Below, one piece after another: positions 54,991 through 64,000 of a stretch of 64,000 nt of DNA. Each line of letters starts with the position of its first letter. Within the stretch, counting starts at the first letter, position 1. The notes under the pieces were generated by a model that saw only the letters and a program-made list of their open reading frames with translations, did not search any database and was not told where the DNA came from. Source of the DNA: Escherichia coli (lineage in GTDB: Bacteria; Pseudomonadota; Gammaproteobacteria; Enterobacterales; Enterobacteriaceae); the NCBI RefSeq assembly GCF_009931435.1, contig NZ_CP043414.1; one strand, written 5' to 3'. A program made the position numbers and the translations under genes.

Positions 54991-55026
54991 TAAAGCTGGC
55001 ATCTCTGTTAAACGGGTAACCTGACA

Positions 55027-55488
55027 ATGACTATTTGGGAAATAAGCGAGAAAGCCGATTACATCGCACAGCGGCATCGTCGCCTACAGGACCAGTGGCA
55101 TCTCTACTGCAATTCGCTGGTTCAGGGGATCACGTTATCGAAAGCGCGCCTGCATCACGCCATGAGCTGTGCGCCAGACAAAGAACTCTGTTTCGTCCTT
55201 TTTGAACATTTTCGCATTTACGTCACCCTGGCGGATGGCTTTAACAGCCACACCATCGAGTATTACGTCGAAACGAAAGAGGGTGAAGAAAAACAGCGGA
55301 TTGCGCAGGCACAATTGAGCATTGACGGAATGATAGATGGCAAGGTCAACATCCGCGATCGCGAACAGGTACTGGAACACTATCTCGAAAAAATCGCTGG
55401 CGTTTACGACAGCTTATACACCGCCATTGAAAACAATGTACCGGTGAATTTAAGCCAACTGGTAAAGGGACAAAGCCCGGCGGCATGA
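55027..55488 (+). CDS. hycA: Formate hydrogenlyase regulatory protein HycA
   Basis: ORF track; 153 aa. Confidence 0.9.
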   Translation: MTIWEISEKADYIAQRHRRLQDQWHLYCNSLVQGITLSKARLHHAMSCAPDKELCFVLFEHFRIYVTLADGFNSHTIEYYVETKEGEEKQRIAQAQLSIDGMIDGKVNIRDREQVLEHYLEKIAGVYDSLYTAIENNVPVNLSQLVKGQSPAA

Positions 55489-55612
55489 GCTGAGGCTTTG
55501 CCCGTTTTGCAGGCGTTACGCCTGTTTGGGGATGGGCGTGTCGATGAGTGTCGAAAATGACATTTCATCGGCATGTTTTCGTCAAAAATGACAATCACCT
55601 GAGGAATGCCTG

Positions 55613-56224
55613 GTGAATCGTTTTGTAATTGCTGACTCCACACTCTGTATCGGCTGCCACACCTGTGAGGCCGCCTGTTCAGAGACGCATCGCCAGCACG
55701 GCCTGCAATCAATGCCGCGCCTGCGAGTGATGCTAAATGAAAAAGAATCTGCGCCGCAGCTCTGTCACCACTGTGAAGATGCACCCTGTGCGGTGGTCTG
55801 CCCGGTTAACGCTATCACCCGCGTTGATGGGGCAGTGCAGCTGAATGAAAGCCTGTGCGTAAGCTGCAAACTGTGCGGCATCGCCTGCCCGTTTGGCGCA
55901 ATCGAATTTTCCGGCAGCCGTCCGCTGGATATTCCGGCAAACGCCAATACCCCGAAAGCACCACCGGCACCGCCTGCTCCGGCGCGTGTCAGCACGTTGC
56001 TTGACTGGGTGCCGGGTATTCGCGCGATCGCCGTCAAATGTGACCTCTGTAGCTTTGATGAACAAGGTCCAGCCTGCGTGCGGATGTGCCCAACCAAAGC
56101 CCTGCATCTGGTGGATAACACCGATATCGCCCGCGTCAGCAAGCGTAAGCGTGAGCTGACCTTTAACACGGACTTTGGCGATCTCACCTTGTTTCAGCAG
56201 GCTCAAAGTGGAGAGGCTAAATGA
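55613..56224 (+). CDS. hycB: Formate hydrogenlyase Fe-S subunit HycB
   Basis: ORF track (GTG start, GAGGAA upstream); four CxxCxxCxxxCP ferredoxin motifs. Confidence 0.9.
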   Translation: MNRFVIADSTLCIGCHTCEAACSETHRQHGLQSMPRLRVMLNEKESAPQLCHHCEDAPCAVVCPVNAITRVDGAVQLNESLCVSCKLCGIACPFGAIEFSGSRPLDIPANANTPKAPPAPPAPARVSTLLDWVPGIRAIAVKCDLCSFDEQGPACVRMCPTKALHLVDNTDIARVSKRKRELTFNTDFGDLTLFQQAQSGEAK

Positions 56225-58047
56225 GCGCAATTTCCCTGATCAATAGCGGCGTGGCGTGGTTTGTTGCCGCCGCTGTTCTGGCATTTCTCTTTTCTTTTCA
56301 AAAGGCGTTAAGCGGCTGGATTGCCGGAATTGGCGGCGCGGTGGGTAGCCTGTATACGGCAGCCGCAGGCTTCACTGTGCTGACTGGCGCGGTTGGCGTG
56401 AGCGGCGCGTTGTCGCTGGTAAGCTACAATGTGCAAATCTCTCCGCTTAATGCGATTTGGCTGATAACCCTCGGCCTGTGCGGTCTGTTTGTCAGCCTTT
56501 ACAACATTGACTGGCATCGCCATGCGCAGGTGAAATGCAACGGTTTGCAAATCAATATGTTGATGGCTGCTGCCGTCTGTGCCGTCATTGCCAGCAATCT
56601 GGGCATGTTCGTAGTAATGGCAGAAATCATGGCCCTGTGTGCGGTGTTCCTCACCAGCAACAGCAAAGAGGGCAAACTGTGGTTTGCGCTGGGGCGTCTT
56701 GGCACTTTGCTGCTGGCGATTGCTTGCTGGCTGCTGTGGCAACGTTACGGCACGCTGGATCTGCGCCTGCTGGATATGCGCATGCAACAGCTGCCGCTTG
56801 GTTCCGATATCTGGCTGCTCGGTGTGATTGGTTTTGGCCTGCTGGCCGGGATTATCCCGCTGCACGGCTGGGTGCCACAGGCTCATGCTAACGCCTCTGC
56901 GCCAGCTGCCGCGCTGTTTTCCACGGTGGTGATGAAAATTGGCCTGCTGGGTATTTTAACCCTGTCTCTGCTGGGCGGTAATGCGCCGCTGTGGTGGGGA
57001 ATTGCACTTCTGGTACTCGGCATGATCACCGCGTTCGTCGGCGGTTTGTATGCGCTGATGGAGCACAACATTCAGCGTCTGCTGGCTTACCACACTCTGG
57101 AAAATATCGGCATCATCCTGCTGGGGCTGGGCGCTGGCGTAACGGGTATCGCGCTTGAACAACCGGCGCTGATTGCCCTTGGCCTGGTCGGTGGTCTGTA
57201 CCATCTGCTTAACCATAGCCTGTTCAAGAGCGTACTGTTCCTCGGGGCTGGGAGCGTCTGGTTCCGTACCGGTCATCGCGATATCGAAAAACTCGGCGGT
57301 ATTGGCAAAAAAATGCCGGTTATCTCCATCGCCATGTTGGTCGGTCTGATGGCAATGGCTGCGCTGCCACCGCTGAACGGTTTTGCCGGGGAATGGGTTA
57401 TCTATCAATCCTTCTTCAAACTGAGCAATAGTGGCGCGTTTGTTGCCCGTCTTCTCGGGCCGCTGCTCGCCGTGGGGCTGGCAATTACCGGTGCGCTGGC
57501 AGTGATGTGTATGGCGAAAGTTTATGGCGTCACGTTCCTCGGCGCGCCGCGTACCAAAGAAGCCGAAAACGCCACCTGTGCGCCGCTCCTGATGAGCGTA
57601 AGCGTAGTGGCACTGGCGATTTGCTGCGTGATTGGCGGTGTTGCTGCGCCGTGGTTGCTGCCGATGTTGTCTGCTGCCGTACCTCTGCCGCTGGAGCCTG
57701 CTAATACAACCGTTTCTCAACCAATGATCACGTTGCTGCTGATTGCCTGCCCGCTGCTGCCATTCATCATTATGGCGATTTGCAAAGGCGATCGTTTGCC
57801 GTCGCGTTCCCGCGGCGCGGCCTGGGTGTGCGGCTACGACCATGAAAAATCAATGGTGATTACTGCTCACGGTTTTGCCATGCCGGTGAAACAGGCGTTT
57901 GCGCCGGTGCTGAAACTGCGCAAATGGCTGAATCCGGTGTCGCTGGTACCAGGCTGGCAGTGCGAGGGGAGTGCGTTGCTGTTCCGCCGGATGGCGCTGG
58001 TTGAACTGGCGGTGCTGGTGGTGATTATTGTTTCACGAGGAGCCTGA
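56221..58047 (+). CDS. hycC: Formate hydrogenlyase membrane subunit HycC (NuoL-like)
   Basis: ORF track; 608 aa polytopic. Confidence 0.9.
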   Translation: MSAISLINSGVAWFVAAAVLAFLFSFQKALSGWIAGIGGAVGSLYTAAAGFTVLTGAVGVSGALSLVSYNVQISPLNAIWLITLGLCGLFVSLYNIDWHRHAQVKCNGLQINMLMAAAVCAVIASNLGMFVVMAEIMALCAVFLTSNSKEGKLWFALGRLGTLLLAIACWLLWQRYGTLDLRLLDMRMQQLPLGSDIWLLGVIGFGLLAGIIPLHGWVPQAHANASAPAAALFSTVVMKIGLLGILTLSLLGGNAPLWWGIALLVLGMITAFVGGLYALMEHNIQRLLAYHTLENIGIILLGLGAGVTGIALEQPALIALGLVGGLYHLLNHSLFKSVLFLGAGSVWFRTGHRDIEKLGGIGKKMPVISIAMLVGLMAMAALPPLNGFAGEWVIYQSFFKLSNSGAFVARLLGPLLAVGLAITGALAVMCMAKVYGVTFLGAPRTKEAENATCAPLLMSVSVVALAICCVIGGVAAPWLLPMLSAAVPLPLEPANTTVSQPMITLLLIACPLLPFIIMAICKGDRLPSRSRGAAWVCGYDHEKSMVITAHGFAMPVKQAFAPVLKLRKWLNPVSLVPGWQCEGSALLFRRMALVELAVLVVIIVSRGA

Positions 58048-58049
58048 GA

Positions 58050-58973
58050 ATGAGTGTTTTATATCCGTTAATTCAGGCGCTGGTGTTATTTGCCGTTGCG
58101 CCGCTGCTCTCCGGTATTACCCGCGTGGCGCGCGCCCGCTTGCATAACCGTCGCGGGCCGGGCGTGTTGCAGGAGTATCGCGACATTATCAAACTGCTGG
58201 GTCGTCAGAGCGTTGGTCCCGATGCCTCCGGCTGGGTGTTCCGCCTGACACCGTACGTAATGGTTGGCGTCATGTTGACTATCGCTACCGCGCTGCCGGT
58301 AGTGACTGTCGGTTCTCCGCTGCCGCAGCTGGGGGATTTGATCACTTTACTGTATCTCTTTGCCATTGCGCGTTTCTTCTTTGCCATTTCTGGTCTGGAT
58401 ACCGGTAGTCCGTTTACTGCTATTGGCGCGAGCCGTGAAGCGATGCTGGGCGTGCTGGTTGAACCGATGCTGCTGCTTGGTCTGTGGGTCGCCGCGCAGG
58501 TGGCTGGTTCCACCAACATCAGCAACATCACCGACACCGTTTATCACTGGCCGCTGAGCCAGAGCATTCCGCTGGTGCTGGCGCTCTGTGCCTGCGCATT
58601 CGCCACCTTTATCGAAATGGGCAAACTGCCGTTCGACCTGGCGGAAGCCGAGCAGGAGCTGCAGGAAGGTCCGCTCTCTGAGTACAGCGGCAGCGGCTTT
58701 GGCGTCATGAAATGGGGTATCAGCCTGAAACAGCTGGTGGTGTTACAGATGTTCGTCGGGGTGTTTATTCCGTGGGGACAAATGGAAACCTTCACTGCCG
58801 GTGGGCTGCTGCTGGCGCTGGTGATTGCCATTGTCAAACTGGTGGTCGGCGTACTGGTTATCGCGCTGTTCGAAAACAGCATGGCCCGTCTGCGTCTTGA
58901 TATTACTCCACGCATTACCTGGGCTGGTTTTGGCTTTGCATTTTTAGCGTTCGTCTCCTTGCTGGCGGCGTGA
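58050..58973 (+). CDS. hycD: Formate hydrogenlyase membrane subunit HycD (NuoH-like)
   Basis: ORF track; 307 aa. Confidence 0.9.
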   Translation: MSVLYPLIQALVLFAVAPLLSGITRVARARLHNRRGPGVLQEYRDIIKLLGRQSVGPDASGWVFRLTPYVMVGVMLTIATALPVVTVGSPLPQLGDLITLLYLFAIARFFFAISGLDTGSPFTAIGASREAMLGVLVEPMLLLGLWVAAQVAGSTNISNITDTVYHWPLSQSIPLVLALCACAFATFIEMGKLPFDLAEAEQELQEGPLSEYSGSGFGVMKWGISLKQLVVLQMFVGVFIPWGQMETFTAGGLLLALVIAIVKLVVGVLVIALFENSMARLRLDITPRITWAGFGFAFLAFVSLLAA

Positions 58974-58990
58974 TTAAAGAGAGTTTGAGC

Positions 58991-60700
58991 ATGTCTGAAG
59001 AAAAATTAGGTCAACATTATCTCGCCGCGCTGAATGAGGCATTTCCGGGCGTCGTGCTGGACCACGCCTGGCAGACCAAAGATCAGCTGACTGTCACCGT
59101 GAAGGTGAACTATCTGCCGGAAGTGGTGGAGTTCCTCTACTACAAGCAGGGGGGCTGGCTGTCGGTGCTGTTTGGTAACGATGAACGCAAACTGAATGGT
59201 CATTACGCCGTTTATTACGTGCTGTCGATGGAGAAGGGCACCAAGTGTTGGATTACGGTTCGCGTCGAAGTTGACGCCAACAAACCAGAATATCCGTCCG
59301 TGACGCCGCGCGTTCCGGCGGCGGTGTGGGGCGAGCGTGAAGTGCGCGATATGTACGGTTTGATTCCGGTAGGGCTTCCGGATGAACGCCGTCTGGTGCT
59401 GCCGGATGACTGGCCGGATGAACTCTACCCGCTGCGTAAAGACAGCATGGATTATCGTCAACGTCCGGCACCAACTACTGATGCTGAAACCTACGAGTTC
59501 ATCAACGAACTAGGCGACAAGAAAAACAACGTCGTGCCGATTGGTCCACTGCACGTCACTTCTGACGAACCGGGCCACTTCCGTCTGTTCGTCGATGGCG
59601 AAAACATTATCGACGCCGACTACCGCCTGTTCTATGTCCATCGCGGCATGGAAAAACTGGCGGAAACCCGCATGGGTTACAACGAAGTGACCTTCCTCTC
59701 CGACCGTGTGTGCGGGATCTGCGGCTTCGCCCACAGCACCGCTTACACCACGTCGGTGGAAAACGCGATGGGTATTCAGGTGCCAGAACGTGCGCAGATG
59801 ATTCGCGCCATTTTGCTGGAAGTGGAACGCCTGCACTCGCATCTGCTCAACCTTGGCCTTGCTTGCCACTTCACTGGCTTTGACTCCGGTTTTATGCAGT
59901 TCTTCCGCGTGCGTGAAACCTCCATGAAAATGGCGGAGATCCTTACCGGTGCGCGTAAAACCTACGGCCTGAACCTGATCGGCGGGATTCGTCGCGATCT
60001 GCTGAAAGATGACATGATCCAGACCCGTCAACTGGCGCAGCAGATGCGTCGTGAAGTGCAGGAACTGGTGGATGTGCTGCTGAGCACACCGAACATGGAA
60101 CAGCGCACCGTTGGCATTGGTCGTCTGGACCCGGAAATTGCCCGCGATTTCAGTAACGTTGGCCCGATGGTCCGTGCCAGCGGTCACGCCCGCGATACCC
60201 GTGCCGATCACCCGTTTGTTGGTTATGGCCTGCTGCCAATGGAAGTCCACAGCGAGCAGGGCTGCGACGTGATTTCCCGTCTGAAAGTGCGTATCAACGA
60301 AGTCTATACCGCGCTGAACATGATCGACTACGGTCTGGATAACCTGCCGGGTGGCCCACTGATGGTGGAAGGCTTTACCTACATTCCACACCGTTTTGCG
60401 CTGGGCTTTGCCGAAGCGCCGCGTGGCGATGATATCCACTGGAGCATGACCGGCGACAACCAGAAGCTGTACCGCTGGCGCTGCCGTGCCGCGACCTACG
60501 CGAACTGGCCGACCCTGCGCTACATGCTGCGCGGCAACACCGTTTCTGATGCGCCGCTGATTATTGGTAGCCTGGACCCTTGCTACTCCTGTACCGACCG
60601 CATGACCGTGGTCGATGTGCGTAAGAAGAAGAGCAAAGTGGTGCCGTACAAAGAACTTGAGCGCTACAGCATTGAGCGTAAAAACTCGCCGCTGAAATAA
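58991..60700 (+). CDS. hycE: Hydrogenase 3 [NiFe] large subunit HycE (569 aa)
   Basis: ORF-track frame 58970..60700; start at MSEEKLGQHYLAAL...; C-terminal DPCYSCTDR nickel-ligand motif. Confidence 0.9.
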   Translation: MSEEKLGQHYLAALNEAFPGVVLDHAWQTKDQLTVTVKVNYLPEVVEFLYYKQGGWLSVLFGNDERKLNGHYAVYYVLSMEKGTKCWITVRVEVDANKPEYPSVTPRVPAAVWGEREVRDMYGLIPVGLPDERRLVLPDDWPDELYPLRKDSMDYRQRPAPTTDAETYEFINELGDKKNNVVPIGPLHVTSDEPGHFRLFVDGENIIDADYRLFYVHRGMEKLAETRMGYNEVTFLSDRVCGICGFAHSTAYTTSVENAMGIQVPERAQMIRAILLEVERLHSHLLNLGLACHFTGFDSGFMQFFRVRETSMKMAEILTGARKTYGLNLIGGIRRDLLKDDMIQTRQLAQQMRREVQELVDVLLSTPNMEQRTVGIGRLDPEIARDFSNVGPMVRASGHARDTRADHPFVGYGLLPMEVHSEQGCDVISRLKVRINEVYTALNMIDYGLDNLPGGPLMVEGFTYIPHRFALGFAEAPRGDDIHWSMTGDNQKLYRWRCRAATYANWPTLRYMLRGNTVSDAPLIIGSLDPCYSCTDRMTVVDVRKKKSKVVPYKELERYSIERKNSPLK

Positions 60701-60709
60701 GGAATCGCC

Positions 60710-61252
60710 ATGTTTACCTTTATCAAAAAAGTCATCAAAACCGGCACGGCGACCTCGTCTTACCCGCTGGAGCCGATTGCGGTTGATAAAAACTTCCGTG
60801 GTAAGCCAGAGCAGAACCCGCAGCAGTGCATCGGCTGTGCAGCCTGCGTCAATGCCTGCCCGTCAAACGCCTTAACGGTTGAAACTGACCTCGCCACCGG
60901 TGAGCTGGCGTGGGAGTTCAATCTTGGACGCTGCATCTTCTGTGGACGCTGCGAAGAAGTCTGCCCGACGGCGGCGATCAAACTGTCGCAAGAGTACGAA
61001 CTGGCGGTGTGGAAGAAAGAAGATTTCCTGCAACAGTCTCGCTTCGCGCTGTGCAACTGCCGCATCTGTAATCGTCCTTTCGCCGTCCAGAAAGAGATCG
61101 ACTACGCCATTGCGCTGCTTAAGCACAATGGTGACAGCCGTGCGGAAAACCACCGCGAAAGCTTTGAGACTTGCCCGGAATGTAAGCGCCAGAAATGCCT
61201 GGTGCCGTCCGACCGTATTGAACTGACTCGCCATATGAAAGAGGCCATCTGA
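60710..61252 (+). CDS. hycF: Formate hydrogenlyase Fe-S subunit HycF
   Basis: ORF track; 2 x [4Fe-4S] motifs. Confidence 0.9.
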   Translation: MFTFIKKVIKTGTATSSYPLEPIAVDKNFRGKPEQNPQQCIGCAACVNACPSNALTVETDLATGELAWEFNLGRCIFCGRCEEVCPTAAIKLSQEYELAVWKKEDFLQQSRFALCNCRICNRPFAVQKEIDYAIALLKHNGDSRAENHRESFETCPECKRQKCLVPSDRIELTRHMKEAI

Positions 61253-62019
61253 TGAGCAATTTATTAGGCCCCCGTGACGCCAACGGCATTCCGGTCCCGA
61301 TGACGGTGGATGAATCCATCGCCAGTATGAAGGCGTCGTTACTGAAAAAAATCAAACGTTCTGCCTACGTTTACCGCGTGGACTGCGGCGGCTGCAACGG
61401 CTGCGAAATTGAAATTTTCGCAACCTTATCGCCGCTGTTCGATGCAGAACGCTTCGGCATTAAAGTCGTTCCGTCTCCGCGTCATGCGGATATTTTACTG
61501 TTTACCGGCGCGGTCACCCGTGCAATGCGATCCCCTGCGCTGCGTGCGTGGCAGTCCGCGCCGGACCCGAAAATCTGTATCTCCTACGGTGCCTGCGGTA
61601 ACAGCGGCGGGATCTTCCACGATCTCTACTGCGTGTGGGGGGGTACGGATAAAATCGTCCCGGTGGATGTCTACATTCCGGGGTGCCCGCCAACGCCAGC
61701 CGCCACGCTGTACGGCTTTGCAATGGCGCTCGGCCTGCTGGAGCAGAAAATTCACGCCCGTGGGCCGGGTGAACTGGATGAACAACCGGCAGAGATCCTG
61801 CATGGCGATATGGTGCAGCCGCTGCGTGTAAAAGTAGATCGCGAAGCACGCCGCCTGGCGGGTTATCGTTACGGTCGCCAGATTGCCGATGATTTCCTGA
61901 CGCAGTTAGGGCAGGGTGAAGAGCAGGTTGCACGCTGGCTGGAAGCGGAAAACGATCCGCGTCTGAACGAGATTGTCAGCCATCTGAATCATGTTGTTGA
62001 AGAGGCGCGTATTCGATGA
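61252..62019 (+). CDS. hycG: Hydrogenase 3 small subunit HycG
   Basis: ORF track; [10 protein letters not shown] and GCPP motifs. Confidence 0.9.
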   Translation: MSNLLGPRDANGIPVPMTVDESIASMKASLLKKIKRSAYVYRVDCGGCNGCEIEIFATLSPLFDAERFGIKVVPSPRHADILLFTGAVTRAMRSPALRAWQSAPDPKICISYGACGNSGGIFHDLYCVWGGTDKIVPVDVYIPGCPPTPAATLYGFAMALGLLEQKIHARGPGELDEQPAEILHGDMVQPLRVKVDREARRLAGYRYGRQIADDFLTQLGQGEEQVARWLEAENDPRLNEIVSHLNHVVEEARIR

Positions 62020-62426
62020 GTGAAAAGGTGGTGTTCAGTCAACTGAGCCGTAAATTTATTGATGAGAACGATGCTACGCCCGCCGAGGCGCAGCAGGTGG
62101 TCTATTACAGCCTGGCGATTGGTCACCACCTTGGGGTTATCGATTGCCTGGAAGCCGCGCTCACCTGCCCGTGGGATGAATATCTGGCATGGATTGCCAC
62201 TCTGGAGGCGGGCAGCGAAGCCCGCCGCAAAATGGAAGGCGTGCCAAAATATGGTGAGATCGTTATCGACATTAACCATGTGCCGATGCTGGCCAACGCA
62301 TTCGATAAAGCCCGGGCAGCGCAAACTTCGCAGCAGAAGGAATGGAGTACCATGCTGTTAAGTATGCTGCATGATATTTATCAGGAAAATGCCATCTATT
62401 TGATGGTGAGGAGACTGCGTGACTGA
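62016..62426 (+). CDS. hycH: Formate hydrogenlyase maturation protein HycH
   Basis: ORF track; 136 aa. Confidence 0.9.
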   Translation: MSEKVVFSQLSRKFIDENDATPAEAQQVVYYSLAIGHHLGVIDCLEAALTCPWDEYLAWIATLEAGSEARRKMEGVPKYGEIVIDINHVPMLANAFDKARAAQTSQQKEWSTMLLSMLHDIYQENAIYLMVRRLRD

Positions 62427-62889
62427 CGTTTTACTCTGTGTTGGCAATAGCATGATGGGCGATGATGGCGCAGGTCCGCTGCTGGCGGAAAAGTGCGCCG
62501 CCGCGCCGAAAGGTAACTGGGTGGTGATTGACGGCGGAAGCGCACCGGAAAACGACATTGTCGCCATCCGCGAACTGCGCCCGACGCGACTGCTGATTGT
62601 CGACGCTACGGATATGGGGCTAAACCCCGGCGAGATCCGCATCATCGACCCGGATGACATCGCTGAGATGTTTATGATGACTACCCATAACATGCCGCTG
62701 AACTACCTTATCGACCAGTTAAAAGAAGACATTGGCGAAGTGATTTTCCTCGGCATCCAGCCGGATATCGTCGGTTTTTACTACCCGATGACCCAGCCGA
62801 TTAAAGATGCGGTAGAAACCGTTTATCAACGACTTGAAGGCTGGGAAGGGAATGGTGGATTTGCGCAGTTAGCGGTGGAAGAAGAGTAG
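62419..62889 (+). CDS. hycI: Hydrogenase 3 maturation endopeptidase HycI
   Basis: ORF track; 156 aa. Confidence 0.9.
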   Translation: MTDVLLCVGNSMMGDDGAGPLLAEKCAAAPKGNWVVIDGGSAPENDIVAIRELRPTRLLIVDATDMGLNPGEIRIIDPDDIAEMFMMTTHNMPLNYLIDQLKEDIGEVIFLGIQPDIVGFYYPMTQPIKDAVETVYQRLEGWEGNGGFAQLAVEEE

Positions 62890-62913
62890 TTTTTCAGTAA
62901 GGAATTCAGGGAA

Positions 62914-63687
62914 TTGAAAATCAGAACAGGGATGTGCGCTTTTTTATTTTGCTTAGTGCTTCCTGCGCAGGCTACCAGCTTTACCGAATATCTGCCAATG
63001 AGTGACAGCGAATACGCGCAAAAGCGGGCGCTGAAACCTCTCCTGACTATGCCTTATTATACCGAGCAAACCTGGCATTTTAGAAAAGTGGGCGTTGCTG
63101 GCGTGACGCTTGAGAAGATGCCAAATGAAGAGGATTACTGGCAATTAACTGCTAAAGACCGCGCCGGTAAATCCTGGAAGGTGCCTGTGGGTATGCTGGC
63201 AAATATGGCGGGCAAAGGGCAACTCTATCGCGCCGATCTGGATCGTAACGGCATTCAGGATCTGGTTATCTGGTTACCAAGTGCTGGTAATGGTCTGGCT
63301 CCTTATGCACATTTAATCCTTATGACGTTCACGCGCGATGGTCGTCCCTGTGTCTTTGAACCCTGGGGATTCTACACCGCAAGCAAAACTGGCGTAGATG
63401 ATTTGCTGGATTTGCAAGGCAATGGCCACACACAATTGCTGGATATGCAGTTTAATTCTGGTTACTGGATAACCAGTCTGTATCAGGTAAAAGACGCCAA
63501 ATGGCAACGTGTTCACGGCTGGTTTGGCAAGTTAAGCTATCCCGCGCTCACGCGTTTTACTTATACCCCCAACCGTAAACTCGTCCTCAAACCCATTGCC
63601 GGGCGTGACCCGCAAACGGAAGATTTAGCGCTGACGCAGCGTTGTTTGAGAACAGGGGATATGCTTGAAGGGGTGAATCAGAACTGA
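62914..63687 (+). CDS. Hypothetical exported protein with N-terminal signal peptide (257 aa if TTG 62914; ATG 62932 is an alternative start)
   Basis: ORF track 62914..63687; MKIRTGMCAFLFCLVLPAQA-TSF... fits a Sec signal peptide with an AQA cleavage site. No recognised family. Confidence 0.6.
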   Translation: MKIRTGMCAFLFCLVLPAQATSFTEYLPMSDSEYAQKRALKPLLTMPYYTEQTWHFRKVGVAGVTLEKMPNEEDYWQLTAKDRAGKSWKVPVGMLANMAGKGQLYRADLDRNGIQDLVIWLPSAGNGLAPYAHLILMTFTRDGRPCVFEPWGFYTASKTGVDDLLDLQGNGHTQLLDMQFNSGYWITSLYQVKDAKWQRVHGWFGKLSYPALTRFTYTPNRKLVLKPIAGRDPQTEDLALTQRCLRTGDMLEGVNQN

Positions 63688-63849
63688 CTTTTTGCAGAGT
63701 GGGTATGAGGATTTTGGGGGAGAATTATATCGCGCGCAAGTGTTTACATATTGTGAACTTGGATTTGGTGAGCTATAGTTTCTGAACACATAAGGATAGA
63801 ACTCGCAGATGTGGCTGTTTACTTACTATAAGGAAGTTAAAACTTAAAA

Positions 63850-64000
63850 ATGCACATCATTTCGAAAGCGCCATTTGAAGAGTCTGCGCGCAAATATCCT
63901 AACGACGCTCTGGCTCTACACTCATTGTATCGGGTTATTAAGGAAACGGATTTTTCTACGCCAGAAGAAATGCGAACGGCGTTTCCCAACCTCGACAATT
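63850..64000 (+). CDS. HigB-like type II toxin (RelE/ParE superfamily), 5-prime part only; continues past window end
   Basis: ATG 63850 behind AAGGAAG; MHIISKAPFEESARKYPNDALALHSLYRVIKETDFSTPEEMRTAFPNLDN aligns with the E. coli HigB N-terminus as I recall it (MH.I..KA...A.KYP...L......F..PE....FP.LDN). Confidence 0.55.
   Translation, partial: MHIISKAPFEESARKYPNDALALHSLYRVIKETDFSTPEEMRTAFPNLDN

Noticed and set aside
56956-57843. 295-aa reverse ORF inside hycC and 309-aa reverse ORF (59510..60439) inside hycE
   Set aside because: Antisense shadow frames in GC-rich membrane and hydrogenase genes; sense-strand products are unambiguous.

Overview
This window reads as an Escherichia coli chromosomal segment, inverted relative to K-12 MG1655 and not K-12 itself (comparisons are from memory). 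It runs from a truncated MFS transporter gene through the ygcW-ygcN cluster, queD, cysJIH, a hok-type toxin, a complete type I-E CRISPR-Cas locus, iap, cysDNC, ygbE, ftsB, ispDF, truD, surE, pcm, nlpD and rpoS, then a MarR-regulator plus UbiX/UbiD-type decarboxylase cluster, ygbNMLKJ/ygbI, pphB, a Sel1-repeat protein, mutS, ygbA, fhlA, hypEDCBA and hycABCDEFGHI, ending in an unknown exported protein and the start of a HigB-like toxin gene. Nearly every gene is intact and of expected length. The single clear lesion is an in-frame TAA at codon 42 of rpoS. I did not find a large unexplained block that would argue for a wholly new multi-gene system. The best leads are the rpoS nonsense allele, the intact hok next to cas3, the Salmonella-type repeat in the CRISPR locus, the strain-variable genes in the rpoS-mutS interval, and the unknown protein plus HigB-like toxin after hycI. 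CDS coordinates include the stop codon and are anchored to the supplied ORF-track frames; coordinates of motifs and hairpins are read by eye and may be off by 1-2 nt.
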